DNA of 64,000 bases. Origin: a virus. Below, piece by piece: positions 9,551 to 19,259 of the stretch. Within the stretch, counting starts at the first letter, position 1, and the number at the start of each line of letters is the position of its first letter. The notes under the pieces were generated by a model, which searched no databases, was not told the DNA's origin, and saw only the letters and a program-made list of their open reading frames with translations. Made by a program: the position numbers and the translations under genes. The DNA lies in IMG/VR virus record IMGVR_UViG_3300021479_000010, positions 32,207 to 96,206 of that record. The stretch is one strand, 5' to 3'.

Positions 9551-9745
9551 ATGACATTAGCGATATGCGACTATTGCGGGGTCGTGATTCTTAGTGCTCA
9601 GTTGAAGGAATACATAGATGGGCGTGTGTATCACGCAGGTTGCGCCAAGAATCCTAATGGCACAACAGTCACTCGCGCAGGCGAATGCACATGCAACAAC
9701 GACAGCGCAAAATGGCATTTTCCCGGATGCCCGAAACTAGTTTAA
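9551..9745 (+). CDS. Hypothetical zinc-finger protein
   Basis: CDYC...HAGC...CTC...H..GC; ends KLV*. Confidence 0.65.
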   Translation: MTLAICDYCGVVILSAQLKEYIDGRVYHAGCAKNPNGTTVTRAGECTCNNDSAKWHFPGCPKLV

Positions 9746-9778
9746 TCGAGCAAGTTAATAAAGAATTGGAGGGGTTAT

Positions 9779-10174
9779 ATGAATACATCTGACTATGACA
9801 AAGCTCTTAGAGACGTGGTTCTCATAGGATGCATCTGCCATGAAGGAGGAGAACACGAGCGCGGTCAATGCCCGGTTTGTGAGACTGTGGATACGATCAG
9901 AAAGAATCGGAAATCCGCGCAGATGACATCCAAAGACATTAAACAAGCTGCCAAGTCTCTTAAATCCAATTGGGACGATTTGCGGCCTAATCCATTAGCC
10001 GCGCAATTAGATGATTTCGTCCGAGAAAGCTTAACGCTGGATTTGCTCAAAACGGTTTACGAACTCTCCGAGCTAGTTTACCACTTGTGTCCCGATTCCG
10101 GGAGTATGAAAGACCGTATTATCAGGATGCGAGATCGTTTATACGACACGTATGGCAAAGACAAACTAGTTTAA
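9779..10174 (+). CDS. Hypothetical protein
   Basis: GGAGG RBS; CICH...CPVC; ends KLV*. Confidence 0.7.
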   Translation: MNTSDYDKALRDVVLIGCICHEGGEHERGQCPVCETVDTIRKNRKSAQMTSKDIKQAAKSLKSNWDDLRPNPLAAQLDDFVRESLTLDLLKTVYELSELVYHLCPDSGSMKDRIIRMRDRLYDTYGKDKLV

Positions 10175-10221
10175 TGTACTCACTTAGAATATGATTTAAT
10201 CAAAATTGGAGGATAAGGAAC

Positions 10222-10860
10222 ATGACCGAAGTAACCAAAGACGCTATTACGATTCTATCGCGTTGGTCTGGTAAAGTATTGTACTCCTGCGCGAAAGCAA
10301 CGATCAAAGAAGCGGTATTACAGGCAATTAAAGACGGCGCGGACCTGTCCGGCGCGAACCTGTCCGGCGCGAACCTGTCCGGCGCGAACCTGTCCGGCGC
10401 GGACCTGTCCGGCGCGGACCTGTCCGGCGCGAACCTGTCCGGCGCGGACCTGTACGGCGCGAACCTGTCCGGCGCGGACCTGTCCGGCGCGAACCTGTCC
10501 GGCGCGGACCTGTCCGGCGCGAAAGAAATTCCAGTCTTGGCAGCCGCGCAATCCTTGATTGTGCCCGAATCTGGCCCGTTCTTTGGATGGAAGAAATGCA
10601 AGAATGGGGTTATTGTAAAGCTTGCCATTGGAACAAATGCGAGGCGCAGTAACGCGACTGGGCGAAAATGCCGCGCAGAATATGTCAAGGTCTTAGAAGT
10701 AATTGGCGCGGAAGTAGGCATTAGCGAACATGACGGTAAAACTGAATACCGCAAAGGCGCGATTGTTCGATGCGACAAATGGAATGAGGACAGATGGACA
10801 GAATGCGGGGGCGGGATTCATTTCTTCTTGACTCGCATCGAAGCCGAGAATTACAGCTAG
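10222..10860 (+). CDS. Pentapeptide-repeat protein with C-terminal DUF5758-like domain
   Basis: ([10 protein letters not shown])n repeats followed by GWKK...KCRAEY...CGGGIHFF. Confidence 0.9.
   Translation: MTEVTKDAITILSRWSGKVLYSCAKATIKEAVLQAIKDGADLSGANLSGANLSGANLSGADLSGADLSGANLSGADLYGANLSGADLSGANLSGADLSGAKEIPVLAAAQSLIVPESGPFFGWKKCKNGVIVKLAIGTNARRSNATGRKCRAEYVKVLEVIGAEVGISEHDGKTEYRKGAIVRCDKWNEDRWTECGGGIHFFLTRIEAENYS
10336..10515 (+). repeat. 12 tandem 15-nt coding repeats GGCGCGRACCTGTMC
   Basis: Near-identical units encoding the pentapeptide repeats. Confidence 0.95.
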
Positions 10861-10906
10861 TTGATAACAAAGGGGTTATTTTGTTCGCATCTGGACAAGA
10901 TTTTGC

Positions 10907-10935
10907 TTGACAGGTGCCGCGCATTTTGCTATTGT
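10907..10935 (+). promoter_or_regulatory. Sigma70-type promoter
   Basis: TTGACA-17-TATTGT upstream of GGAGG and ATG 10958; 16-bp palindrome at 10882-10897. Confidence 0.6.
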
Positions 10936-10957
10936 ATCTGTATTGGAGGATACACAA

Positions 10958-11314
10958 ATGGACTGGAATACAGCGAACACGGAAGCAACGAAGCTCTGGT
11001 ACAAATGGGTTAGCTCGCGCCCTGCAGTAGGCATTGACGGATACTTGCAACAAAGCCGCGATATGGCCGACTACAAGCTGTATGATTTGGACAGAATCCA
11101 CTCATCCATGCTGCAAGAGTACCGATACATTCGCCAAGGAACAAGCCGCGCAACTCCCGGATTAATCTCAGAAGTAAAGGGAGAATTGATTCTCCTAGGC
11201 AAGATTCGCAAGGCATTGGCAAAAGACACAGACGCGGGTTCGCGCCCACGTTGCAACATTGGCTCAATTGAATTGTGCCAATGCACTTTCCTGCCGCAAA
11301 ACCCCCTTATTTAG
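10958..11314 (+). CDS. Hypothetical protein
   Basis: GGAGG RBS before MDWNTAN. Confidence 0.65.
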   Translation: MDWNTANTEATKLWYKWVSSRPAVGIDGYLQQSRDMADYKLYDLDRIHSSMLQEYRYIRQGTSRATPGLISEVKGELILLGKIRKALAKDTDAGSRPRCNIGSIELCQCTFLPQNPLI

Positions 11315-11321
11315 GGGGTTT
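11299..11321. terminator. Hairpin terminator
   Basis: AAACCCCCT-TATTT-AGGGGGTTT. Confidence 0.55.
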
Positions 11322-11411
11322 CGTTACAAATTATGGTTTCAACAAATGGTGAAATATGCCGTTTGATTGAAACCTGTTTAAGTAGTAGGATTAAACCAGA
11401 ATGAGGACAGC

Positions 11412-13345
11412 ATGAGTGCAGACAATGGAATCAAGACGCATGCGCGGCCTCGCAATTTGGGAGAGAGCACATACAGTCAGCAATACAGAAATGGATTGAC
11501 AGCGTATATGGCAAATGATTGGACAATCGAAACCATGCGAATTGTCAATGAGTTAACGCCGGATATTCACGGCAGGGCATTTGATCCTGACTGGTTTCTA
11601 TTGCGCCAACGTTTCGAGCAAATGGAAGAGAAATACAGCGAGATGCTGGAATTACTGGAAACCATTGAGAACGATACCAAGCTTGTTCCTAACTGGCTGT
11701 GGGTTCGGATACAATCTGCTGTCAAAAGAGCCAAGGAGCCCGGCAAATGACATTTGACGAATGGTGGGATAATGACGGCAAATACTACGATCCTGACTGG
11801 GATGATATTCCGTGGTACGACAAGCGCAAATCATTGGCTGAATACGCTTGGCATCGCGCACTCGAAACGCGCGGCAGTCCGCCAGTGGACATCGTAACGA
11901 ATGCCGGATTTGGACCTGATCACGCGTTCAAACGCCAGCCCCGCAAATTAGTAGACTTAGACAAGGATTTAGGCATATGAAGAAGCAAATCAGAAAGCTA
12001 TCGCCTTGGGCAAAGATGCTGCAAGCCGCGAAGCGCAAAACCAGCTTGCGATTGACTGCCAGTGAAGTGCAGACCTTTGTGTATCTCCGCAAGCCAAAAG
12101 ACTAAGGATTTAGAATGCCTGCTGGCATAAACCGCGATTGCTCAGTGTGCATGAATACGGGATTGCGCAATGGTGCGCCTTGCGACGTATGTCGAGACGC
12201 GCCCCGCAAGCCAGAGGAATGGTGCAAGTGGCGAGACGCGGACAAAGGCATGATCAAACCAGAGCACAGCACAGGATACAATCGACAATGGGAGAATGAG
12301 ACATTGGCCGAATGGATCGCACGATGCGGCCTCGCAACTGTGGAAGCGATTCTCAAGGCAGAACGCAAATGAGCGATACATACGACCTCGCATGTCATGA
12401 CTGTAAAGCTAGCCTATGGATAGGTCAGAGTGGCAGCAGTCCGTGGTGTTTCTATACAGGCGAACCAGAGACAATGCAGGCGCTTGGGCTGTTCTTCTGG
12501 GCGCATCGTGGACATCGGCTAGAGTTTAATGAATGCCAATTACTCGAATACGTGGCAGATTTAGGCTCAGCATAGACGTGTTGAGCGAAGGAATGACCAT
12601 TGCCAGCCCCGCCAACCCCATTAGGTTTGATGACGGCAAGCTTGGCTACTTCGCTGATCGTCATTGGCACGTACAGAGCGAACCCGGCAATTGGATAGTT
12701 GCGGACCTCGCCGCGCATAATCTCATGGAATACATGCTATCGAAGGGAATGTTTGAATGAATCTATCAGGCTATTTAGACCACGAAGAGGATTGCACTTG
12801 TCTTGATTACCATGACAGGTTTTTGTCCGCAAGTGGACAAGCCGATGGACCGCAATTCGCCCCGCAATGTGTGAAGGACATCTGGAATGAGGAAATGGTA
12901 TTCAAGATGACAAGGGGAACATGGGCGGACCTAATCGACGGCAAACCAATTGGCCGTTGCTACGTCATGGCCGATGGTGCGATACGAGTAGAGCGCAACA
13001 AGCTTGTCCGCTGTACGTCATGCGGATTCCAAGGCACAAACGATCAATTCCTTGCCGGACATCTGGCCTCAGTCTGCCCGAACTGCAAGAGCGATTACAC
13101 GGTCCAAAACGCCCCGCAATTCCCAAAGGACAATCAAGACTAAGATGAGCTATTATTCATTCCAATGGTGGATTCGATGGTTCGTGCCGTTGCCAATCCT
13201 TATCCGAATATCAAAGGCGACGTTTGGCCGTCATCATGTCTGGTATCAAGACGATCATATAAGCCTTGAAACACATCCGTTTGATCGTGCCGAAGTGACC
13301 GATGCAGACCGCAAAGCAATGCAAGACTTGGACCGATACATCTAG
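11412..13345 (+). other. Run of about eight small, translationally coupled hypothetical genes
   Basis: ORFs 11412-11750, 11747-11980, 12115-12372, 12369-12575, about 12578-12760, 12757-13143 and 13145-13345, several with ATGA overlaps and CxxC motifs. Confidence 0.6.
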
Positions 13346-13799
13346 TAATTAAATAATTAACAATTGACTGCAAAGCATTGACCAATTGAGTAACAGAACT
13401 AACCACGCGAATTTTCCGCTGGCATTTTCGCCCATCCAATCCCAACCGGGCGAACTAGTTTAATCTGTTTACTCAACCAAGAATCGAAGCAAGTCCTTTG
13501 TTTTCAATGCACATCAGCGTCTCTGCTATGATCTGCCGATTTCCTAGGTGCTAGAGGAGGATAGACGTAAAGGCACTACTTTCATAGACTTAGGCCCCGT
13601 GACTTACCCCACGTGGGTGGGCCACCTTGCGCGAGGCTTGGGTGGCTCCAAAGCATCCTTTTCTCAGATATATGCCCCGGTATTGTTTTCCTATAAAAAG
13701 GGTCCCTATTTGGTCACAGACCCCCGGTATATTTTCCCCTATGCGTGATTTATCTTGACAAAGTACCTTGTATATGAGATTATGTGTTTGGGAGGATTT

Positions 13800-14000
13800 A
13801 TGAAGACATTTGCTATCGTAGTTTTGTTCTCGATCTCAGCGTTCGGGAAGAACCAACCGGGGTTTTCCACCAAGCCATCTGTCGTTATTGTTCGACCATC
13901 GATCCGCAACTCGGTCCCGGTCTCTGGATATGTCCGCGTTCCGTCCGCGCCGAATACTGGCAGCTACAAAGGTACCTCTAATCCAAAACATCCCCGGTAG
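13800..14000 (+). CDS. Small secreted hypothetical protein
   Basis: GGAGG RBS; MKTFAIVVLFSISAFG signal peptide; TTGACA at 13755. Confidence 0.55.
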   Translation: MKTFAIVVLFSISAFGKNQPGFSTKPSVVIVRPSIRNSVPVSGYVRVPSAPNTGSYKGTSNPKHPR

Positions 14001-14024
14001 CTCGCTGAACCGTAGAGCTTTATG

Positions 14025-14050
14025 AGCCCATCTAATAAAGGTGGGCTTTT
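14025..14050 (+). terminator. Rho-independent terminator
   Basis: AGCCCATC-TAATAAA-GGTGGGCT followed by a T run. Confidence 0.65.
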
Positions 14051-14464
14051 CCATTTGCAAACATGTTTCTAATGTTTTCAATGAGATAGACCCGTCCATA
14101 CCAATAGTGAGGGATAGTGACACGTAAGCCAACAAAACGACAGCAAGATTATTGGGAGAAAGTCCTGATAGACCATCGACTTGGCATGGGGCGGGGAACG
14201 AGTTCTAAGGTAGATTACGAAGGCGGTTCCCAAGATTTAGATCGCAAGCAATCCCAGAGTTTTGCCAAGAAATCGGGGCGGACGAAGCCCAAATCAGGAG
14301 CTGAGTAGTGGATTTTTCCTACGACGCCGGGTATAAGAGTTATCAGTGGTATTGTCAGTTGATCGGGAACCCGCCCCGTTCATTTGAAGACTGGATGAAA
14401 TTGCGGGAAACCCCGAGTCCGAAGAAGGACGCCGGGAAGGAATTTATTAGTTCCGGTTCGGACA

Positions 14465-15199
14465 ATGAGACTGAAACGCTTTACCGTTGATCTAGATTCG
14501 CAGAAGTCAATCGATGATCACGTAGGTTTGCTGCGGCATGAATTGCGCTTGCTCAAACTTGCCAAGCGCGAAGCCAAGGGTCTGGCACCTACCGGGAAAG
14601 CTAAGAAGTTCCGAGATTATTACGATGCTTGCTGCCGGATTTACGATACGGATATTTCGAGTCTTTACCGGGACATGGTAACAGATGTGGATACTTGTTA
14701 TTATGTTTACGCTCATTTAGATATGACTCGGCCAATTGTAGTTCCCAAGCACCCAGACAAAGGCGCGGAACCCGGTCTTAAGTTCTTCGCGGCCAGCAAG
14801 GGATTGGACTTCATGCCTTTTTACATCGGTAAAGGAAAAGGCGATAGATATCTGTCCGGCGAACGAAATGCGGCATACCAGAAAATCGATAAAAAGATTC
14901 GATTGGCCGGGAAGACCGCCAAAATTATAAAAATTAAAGAAGGACTTACGGAATCCGAAGCCCTTCAACTAGAAGCCAAATTAATTGATATCTTCGGTTT
15001 GGCGATCTACGACGGAGTGTTGACCAACCTCGACGAGGGGCATAACAACTCTGAACGCATAAAAATGTATCTAGATAACTTCCGTACATTGCGCAGAATG
15101 AATCGGCAGATGTACGGAACTGAAAAAGTTTCGCAGGGCGGGCAGCGTTTTGACGACCAAGTATTGGACTCAATAAAAGAAATACCCGCCACATTTTAA
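14465..15199 (+). CDS. GIY-YIG-like endonuclease
   Basis: YYVYAH...FYIGKGKGDR...EALQLEAKLI...LTNL. Confidence 0.75.
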   Translation: MRLKRFTVDLDSQKSIDDHVGLLRHELRLLKLAKREAKGLAPTGKAKKFRDYYDACCRIYDTDISSLYRDMVTDVDTCYYVYAHLDMTRPIVVPKHPDKGAEPGLKFFAASKGLDFMPFYIGKGKGDRYLSGERNAAYQKIDKKIRLAGKTAKIIKIKEGLTESEALQLEAKLIDIFGLAIYDGVLTNLDEGHNNSERIKMYLDNFRTLRRMNRQMYGTEKVSQGGQRFDDQVLDSIKEIPATF

Positions 15200-15456
15200 T
15201 ATCCGGGGCTGCGCAGCGGGGGATCAATCATCCTTTCCTACTACTCCCCCGCGCCCCGGTCTCTTTAATTGCGGGGTTCGGTCACGACTCTCGATAGGAG
15301 GCATATGTTCAAGCTTCTTGTCCGGATGTGGAATTCGCTGTTCGCGAATCGCGAACGTAGGCATGTAATCGTGGATGCGGATTTGTACGAAGATGCGACT
15401 TGATTTTCCCCTTTTATGGCCCCTTTTGGACGGACGGGGCTTTTTATGATTCTAAA

Positions 15457-16272
15457 ATGGTTATAATTAACCTTTGTGGTGGTCTGGGAAATCAACTCTG
15501 GCAAAGAGCTTTTGGATACGTACTTGAAGCTCTAGGAAATGAAGTAGCCTTTGATCCGTTCTACTTTGCTAATAACGACGAACGAGCATACGTTCTGTAT
15601 CATTGGAACTGCGAAGTCCCGCTTAAAGGAAAACTCGGACAAGTAATCCAAGAGCCGGACTTGCGGTATCATCCAGAGTTCCTAAAAAAGTACAACGAAG
15701 ATGTAACCCTAACCGGATATTGGCAGTGCCCGCGATATTTAGAGGGAATCGAAGATCAGATTCGAAAAGCCTTCGTTCCTAGAACTATAAGCAAGGAAAC
15801 TGCCAAACTGATTCAAACTACAGAGCAGTGCAATTCGGTATCTTTTCACGTTCGTCGGACGGACACGCTATCATCCCGTGGGCTAGTCAATCACGGGCTT
15901 GTTCCACAACAATTCTATGATCGTGCCCGAAACCATGTTTCAAACTGTCATTACTTTATATTTAGTGATGACATTGAGTGGTGTAAAAAAAATCTTTCGT
16001 TCGAGTGTACTTTCGTAGATCATAATACTACGGGCGTTCAAGAAACATCTGAACACGAAGTACGGAAAACGAATGATGGTACTGAGTACGAAGATTTATG
16101 GATAATGTCTCGCTGTAAGCATAATATCATAGCCAACAGTTCCTTCGGATTCTGGGGGGCGTGGCTGAATCAAAACCCGGACAAGATAGTAATATATCCT
16201 AGACAATGGTTTGCTCCTACTAGCCCACACGATTCTACAGACATGTTTCCTAAGACTTGGATTTCCTGTTAA
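15457..16272 (+). CDS. GT11 alpha-1,2-fucosyltransferase-like glycosyltransferase
   Basis: GGLGNQLWQ, GYWQC, HVRRTD, IFSDD and IIANSSFGFWGAWLN motifs. Confidence 0.9.
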   Translation: MVIINLCGGLGNQLWQRAFGYVLEALGNEVAFDPFYFANNDERAYVLYHWNCEVPLKGKLGQVIQEPDLRYHPEFLKKYNEDVTLTGYWQCPRYLEGIEDQIRKAFVPRTISKETAKLIQTTEQCNSVSFHVRRTDTLSSRGLVNHGLVPQQFYDRARNHVSNCHYFIFSDDIEWCKKNLSFECTFVDHNTTGVQETSEHEVRKTNDGTEYEDLWIMSRCKHNIIANSSFGFWGAWLNQNPDKIVIYPRQWFAPTSPHDSTDMFPKTWISC

Positions 16273-17123
16273 TGAGCAATTTATCCATTGTGTACTCAGT
16301 AAATAACCGGGGCTACGGCGGGGATTTTATAGGCCGTGTTCAGGCATGTATTGATAATTTGTTTCAGCTTTCGGCCAAAATTGGGCTGGATGCTGATATC
16401 ATATTTGTTGAATGGAACCCGCCGGTAGATCAACTTCGGGTTTCGCAAGTTATAAACTGGCAATACAAGACATTGCCAGTAAGATTCATAGAAGTTCCTG
16501 AGCATATTCATAAATTAGTTCCCAATCCCAGAAACGAAGTATTTTGGGAGATGTGGGCTAAAAACGTTGGTATCCGAAGGGCGACTGGACGATTCATATT
16601 ATCGGCCAATCCGGATAATCTCTATAGTGAACAACTTTTAGCTCGTTTAAATGATTTGGAAGAAGATGCCTTCTATCGGACAGATAGCTACGATATTGTA
16701 GACGGCAAGCTGTATCAAATTCACCGTGCCTGTGAATCGCTAGTTAACGGAAAACCCAATGGTAGCGATGGATTTGTCAAACCGGATGAGAATGGCAAAT
16801 TCTCGTATCCGCCCCCTATAGGATATATAGAACCGCTGCATTTTAATAAATCTGGCGATTTCTTTCTCATGTCCAGAAAGAATTGGTATGAAATGTGCGG
16901 GCATCCCGAAACAGATTATACCGTTACTGCGGATGGCGAAACGGTATACTTAGCCGCTGCGAGTGGCTGGCGACAGATATATCTTTCGGAACCTACATAT
17001 CATTTATATCATTCCCGAAATGAACGACACTGCCCTCCGTGGTCGGATGCCGCACCGCACGGACACAAGAATGGTACTAATTGGGGTTTCGCTGGTCACG
17101 AGTTTCATACTTACGAAATTTAA
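16272..17123 (+). CDS. GT-A fold (GT2-like) glycosyltransferase
   Basis: IIFVEWNPP, AKNVGIRRATGRFILSANPD, SGDFFLMSR and YHLYH motifs. Confidence 0.75.
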   Translation: MSNLSIVYSVNNRGYGGDFIGRVQACIDNLFQLSAKIGLDADIIFVEWNPPVDQLRVSQVINWQYKTLPVRFIEVPEHIHKLVPNPRNEVFWEMWAKNVGIRRATGRFILSANPDNLYSEQLLARLNDLEEDAFYRTDSYDIVDGKLYQIHRACESLVNGKPNGSDGFVKPDENGKFSYPPPIGYIEPLHFNKSGDFFLMSRKNWYEMCGHPETDYTVTADGETVYLAAASGWRQIYLSEPTYHLYHSRNERHCPPWSDAAPHGHKNGTNWGFAGHEFHTYEI

Positions 17124-17851
17124 TGCAGCAGCAGGATTATATTCGGGATTTAATTTCTTTCTCCCGCCTAGCGGGTAGTGACCCGAATATATCATTTTAT
17201 TCTGGAGATTGCGTTCCTTGTTTAGAGGAATCAGAAACACAAGTAACATATAATCATAGATATTTACTTCATGTGGGTTGGGCTGCGCGAATATTGGCAA
17301 CAACTCGCCCGGAAGAACATATAGATATCGGATCGTGCTCATACTTCGTAAGTATTGTTTCAGCATTTCTAAATTTAAAAAATTACGATATCCGTCCAAT
17401 GGATATTCCCTTGCCGGGAATAGTAACAGGCACGGCGGACTTGTGCGGACTTCCGTTTAATAACAAGGAACTGAAATCCATTTCTTGTATGCACGCTCTG
17501 GAGCATGTGGGTCTCGGACGATATGGAGACCCTATTAATCCTTATGGCGATGTAAAAGCTGCCCGTGAATTAAGCCGCGTTTTATCGGACAATGGGAACC
17601 TTTTGGTGGTTCTCCCAATTGGTCAGCCGAAAATCGCATTTAATGCCCATCGTATTTATTCGTTCCAATATGTAGTTGATTCGTTGTTCTCAAATCTAGT
17701 TCTCAAGGAATTTTCTTTTATTCCTACTGATTTGCCGTACCGTTTTGTAAAGAACGCAGACCCCGCATCCACCGCTAGCGAAGTTGAAGGAGCTGGATGT
17801 TTTTGGTTTACTAAACATGCTTGTGCAGATATCGGGCTTTCGACCCATTAG
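17123..17851 (+). CDS. DUF268-family SAM-methyltransferase-like protein
   Basis: HIDIGS; CMHALEHVGLGRYGDP; FNAHRIY. Confidence 0.85.
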   Translation: MQQQDYIRDLISFSRLAGSDPNISFYSGDCVPCLEESETQVTYNHRYLLHVGWAARILATTRPEEHIDIGSCSYFVSIVSAFLNLKNYDIRPMDIPLPGIVTGTADLCGLPFNNKELKSISCMHALEHVGLGRYGDPINPYGDVKAARELSRVLSDNGNLLVVLPIGQPKIAFNAHRIYSFQYVVDSLFSNLVLKEFSFIPTDLPYRFVKNADPASTASEVEGAGCFWFTKHACADIGLSTH

Positions 17852-19259
17852 TCGGGAAAAAATATGTTTAGTAACTCCACCCTCGGGATTCTTACTTGAC
17901 CAGAGAGTTTTTGTATCACTTGGAATTCTTAAAATAGGTGCAGTTTTAGAACAGGCCGGATTTGAAGTTGATCACCTGGATTTGACCGGCGTAGCTAACT
18001 TCGAAGAAGCGGCAGCAGATTATAAGGAATGCGAGATATTCGCGATTACCGCAACAACCCCGCAGATTCCTGCGGCTGTAAAAATTAGAAAAGTTCTGAA
18101 GGGAAAAGTAATTCTTGGAGGGCCGCATCCAACTTTAGTTCATGCGGCGGTAAAACGAGGAAGTCAACGAGCGCAGGTTGCTCTTGATTTCCTTATGCAA
18201 AATTTCGATACCATCGTCGCAGGCGATGGAGAGAAGTCTATATTCCGGGCGATTCGGGAATATGGGTTTATTGACGCGGACGATCCGAAATCCGATTTGT
18301 GGGTGACTTCAAAGGATTTTTCGGAATCTCCTTTTCCTGCTCGTCATTTGGTAGATTTAAATAGTTATCATTATACGGTCGATAACGAAAGAGCAACGAG
18401 CGCAGTATTTCAGTTAGGTTGCCCGTTTGAATGCGGGTTTTGTGGCGGGCGATTTTCTCCTATGCTCCGCCGAATCCGCAGCCGAACAGCCGATAGCATA
18501 ATTGCTGAGATGCTTCATATCCACGAAAAATACGGCATTCGGGGTCTGATGGCATATGACGATGAATTGAATGTAAATAAAGGTCTAGTTGATCTTTGTC
18601 GAAAAATTAAAGATACTGGAATTGACTGGCGTCTTCGAGGATTTGTAAAAGCTGAATTGTTTAATGAAGAACAAGCGGAAGCAATGTATGATGCTGGTTT
18701 TCGGTGGCTGCTGTGCGGATTTGAGTCTGCACATCCTAGAATTCTGAAGAATATAAATAAGAAAGCCACTCTAGAAGATAATACGAACATGCTCCGGGTA
18801 GCTCATAAATATGGACTAAAAGTAAAAGCCCTTATGAGCTTCGGACACCCCGGCGAGAGCGAAGAAACTATTTTAGCTACTCAAGATTGGCTTCTAGCGG
18901 AGAAGCCCGATGATTTTGATTGCACGGTAATCACTACGTATCCTGGTACACCGTATTGGGACAATGCGGTTTTGGTTAAAGAACCTGTTTACCGATATGA
19001 ATTTAACGGCGATGCCTTGTATATGGAAAATACTGACCCTAATGCTGAAGTAGGGTACTACAAAGGCAAGCCCGGCGAATATAAAGCTTTTGTGTGGACG
19101 GACTATCTTTCATCTCAGGATTTAGTAAGATTGCGAGATAGAGTAGAAGCCAATGTTCGAAAACAATTGGGTATCCCATATCCAACCGGTTCCGCTGCTT
19201 TGCAGTACGAGCACACTATGGGCCAGAGGCTTCCACCTTATATTCTGACGACACTATGA
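17817..19259 (+). CDS. Cobalamin-binding radical SAM enzyme (class B methylase-like)
   Basis: N-terminal B12 domain (SLGILKI...ILGGPHPT); GCPFECGFC motif; GFESA; YPGTP. Confidence 0.9.
   Translation: MLVQISGFRPISREKICLVTPPSGFLLDQRVFVSLGILKIGAVLEQAGFEVDHLDLTGVANFEEAAADYKECEIFAITATTPQIPAAVKIRKVLKGKVILGGPHPTLVHAAVKRGSQRAQVALDFLMQNFDTIVAGDGEKSIFRAIREYGFIDADDPKSDLWVTSKDFSESPFPARHLVDLNSYHYTVDNERATSAVFQLGCPFECGFCGGRFSPMLRRIRSRTADSIIAEMLHIHEKYGIRGLMAYDDELNVNKGLVDLCRKIKDTGIDWRLRGFVKAELFNEEQAEAMYDAGFRWLLCGFESAHPRILKNINKKATLEDNTNMLRVAHKYGLKVKALMSFGHPGESEETILATQDWLLAEKPDDFDCTVITTYPGTPYWDNAVLVKEPVYRYEFNGDALYMENTDPNAEVGYYKGKPGEYKAFVWTDYLSSQDLVRLRDRVEANVRKQLGIPYPTGSAALQYEHTMGQRLPPYILTTL

Larger units (their letters stand above)
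216..13484. repeat. Family of about 16 imperfect inverted-repeat sites (13-bp arm, 7-bp variable spacer, 13-bp arm) at small-gene junctions
   Basis: Sites at 216-248, 654-686, 921-953, 1313-1345, 1479-1511, 2279-2311, 5941-5973, 6169-6201, 6371-6403, 7499-7531, 9018-9050, 9224-9256, 9734-9766, 10163-10195, 11370-11402 and 13452-13484, plus a half-site at 9531-9543; arm consensus about AAACTAGTTTAAY. Confidence 0.85.

Noticed and set aside
10200-10778. Antisense repeat ORFs (APDRS/RAGQV)
   Set aside because: They are shadow frames of the pentapeptide tandem repeat.
216-13484. Junction repeats as a CRISPR array or classical integron attC sites
   Set aside because: The intervening DNA is whole genes of variable length, the repeats are degenerate, no cas or intI gene is visible, and there is no RYYYAAC...GTTRRRY long-hairpin attC structure.
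216-13484. Junction repeats as XerC/D dif (pdif) sites
   Set aside because: The spacer is 7 bp rather than 6, and the arms do not match the XerD arm TTATGTTAAAT.
13345-13755. Possible genome terminus, origin or pac region
   Set aside because: It is a plausible non-coding module boundary, but no terminal repeat or iteron pattern can be demonstrated from the sequence alone.
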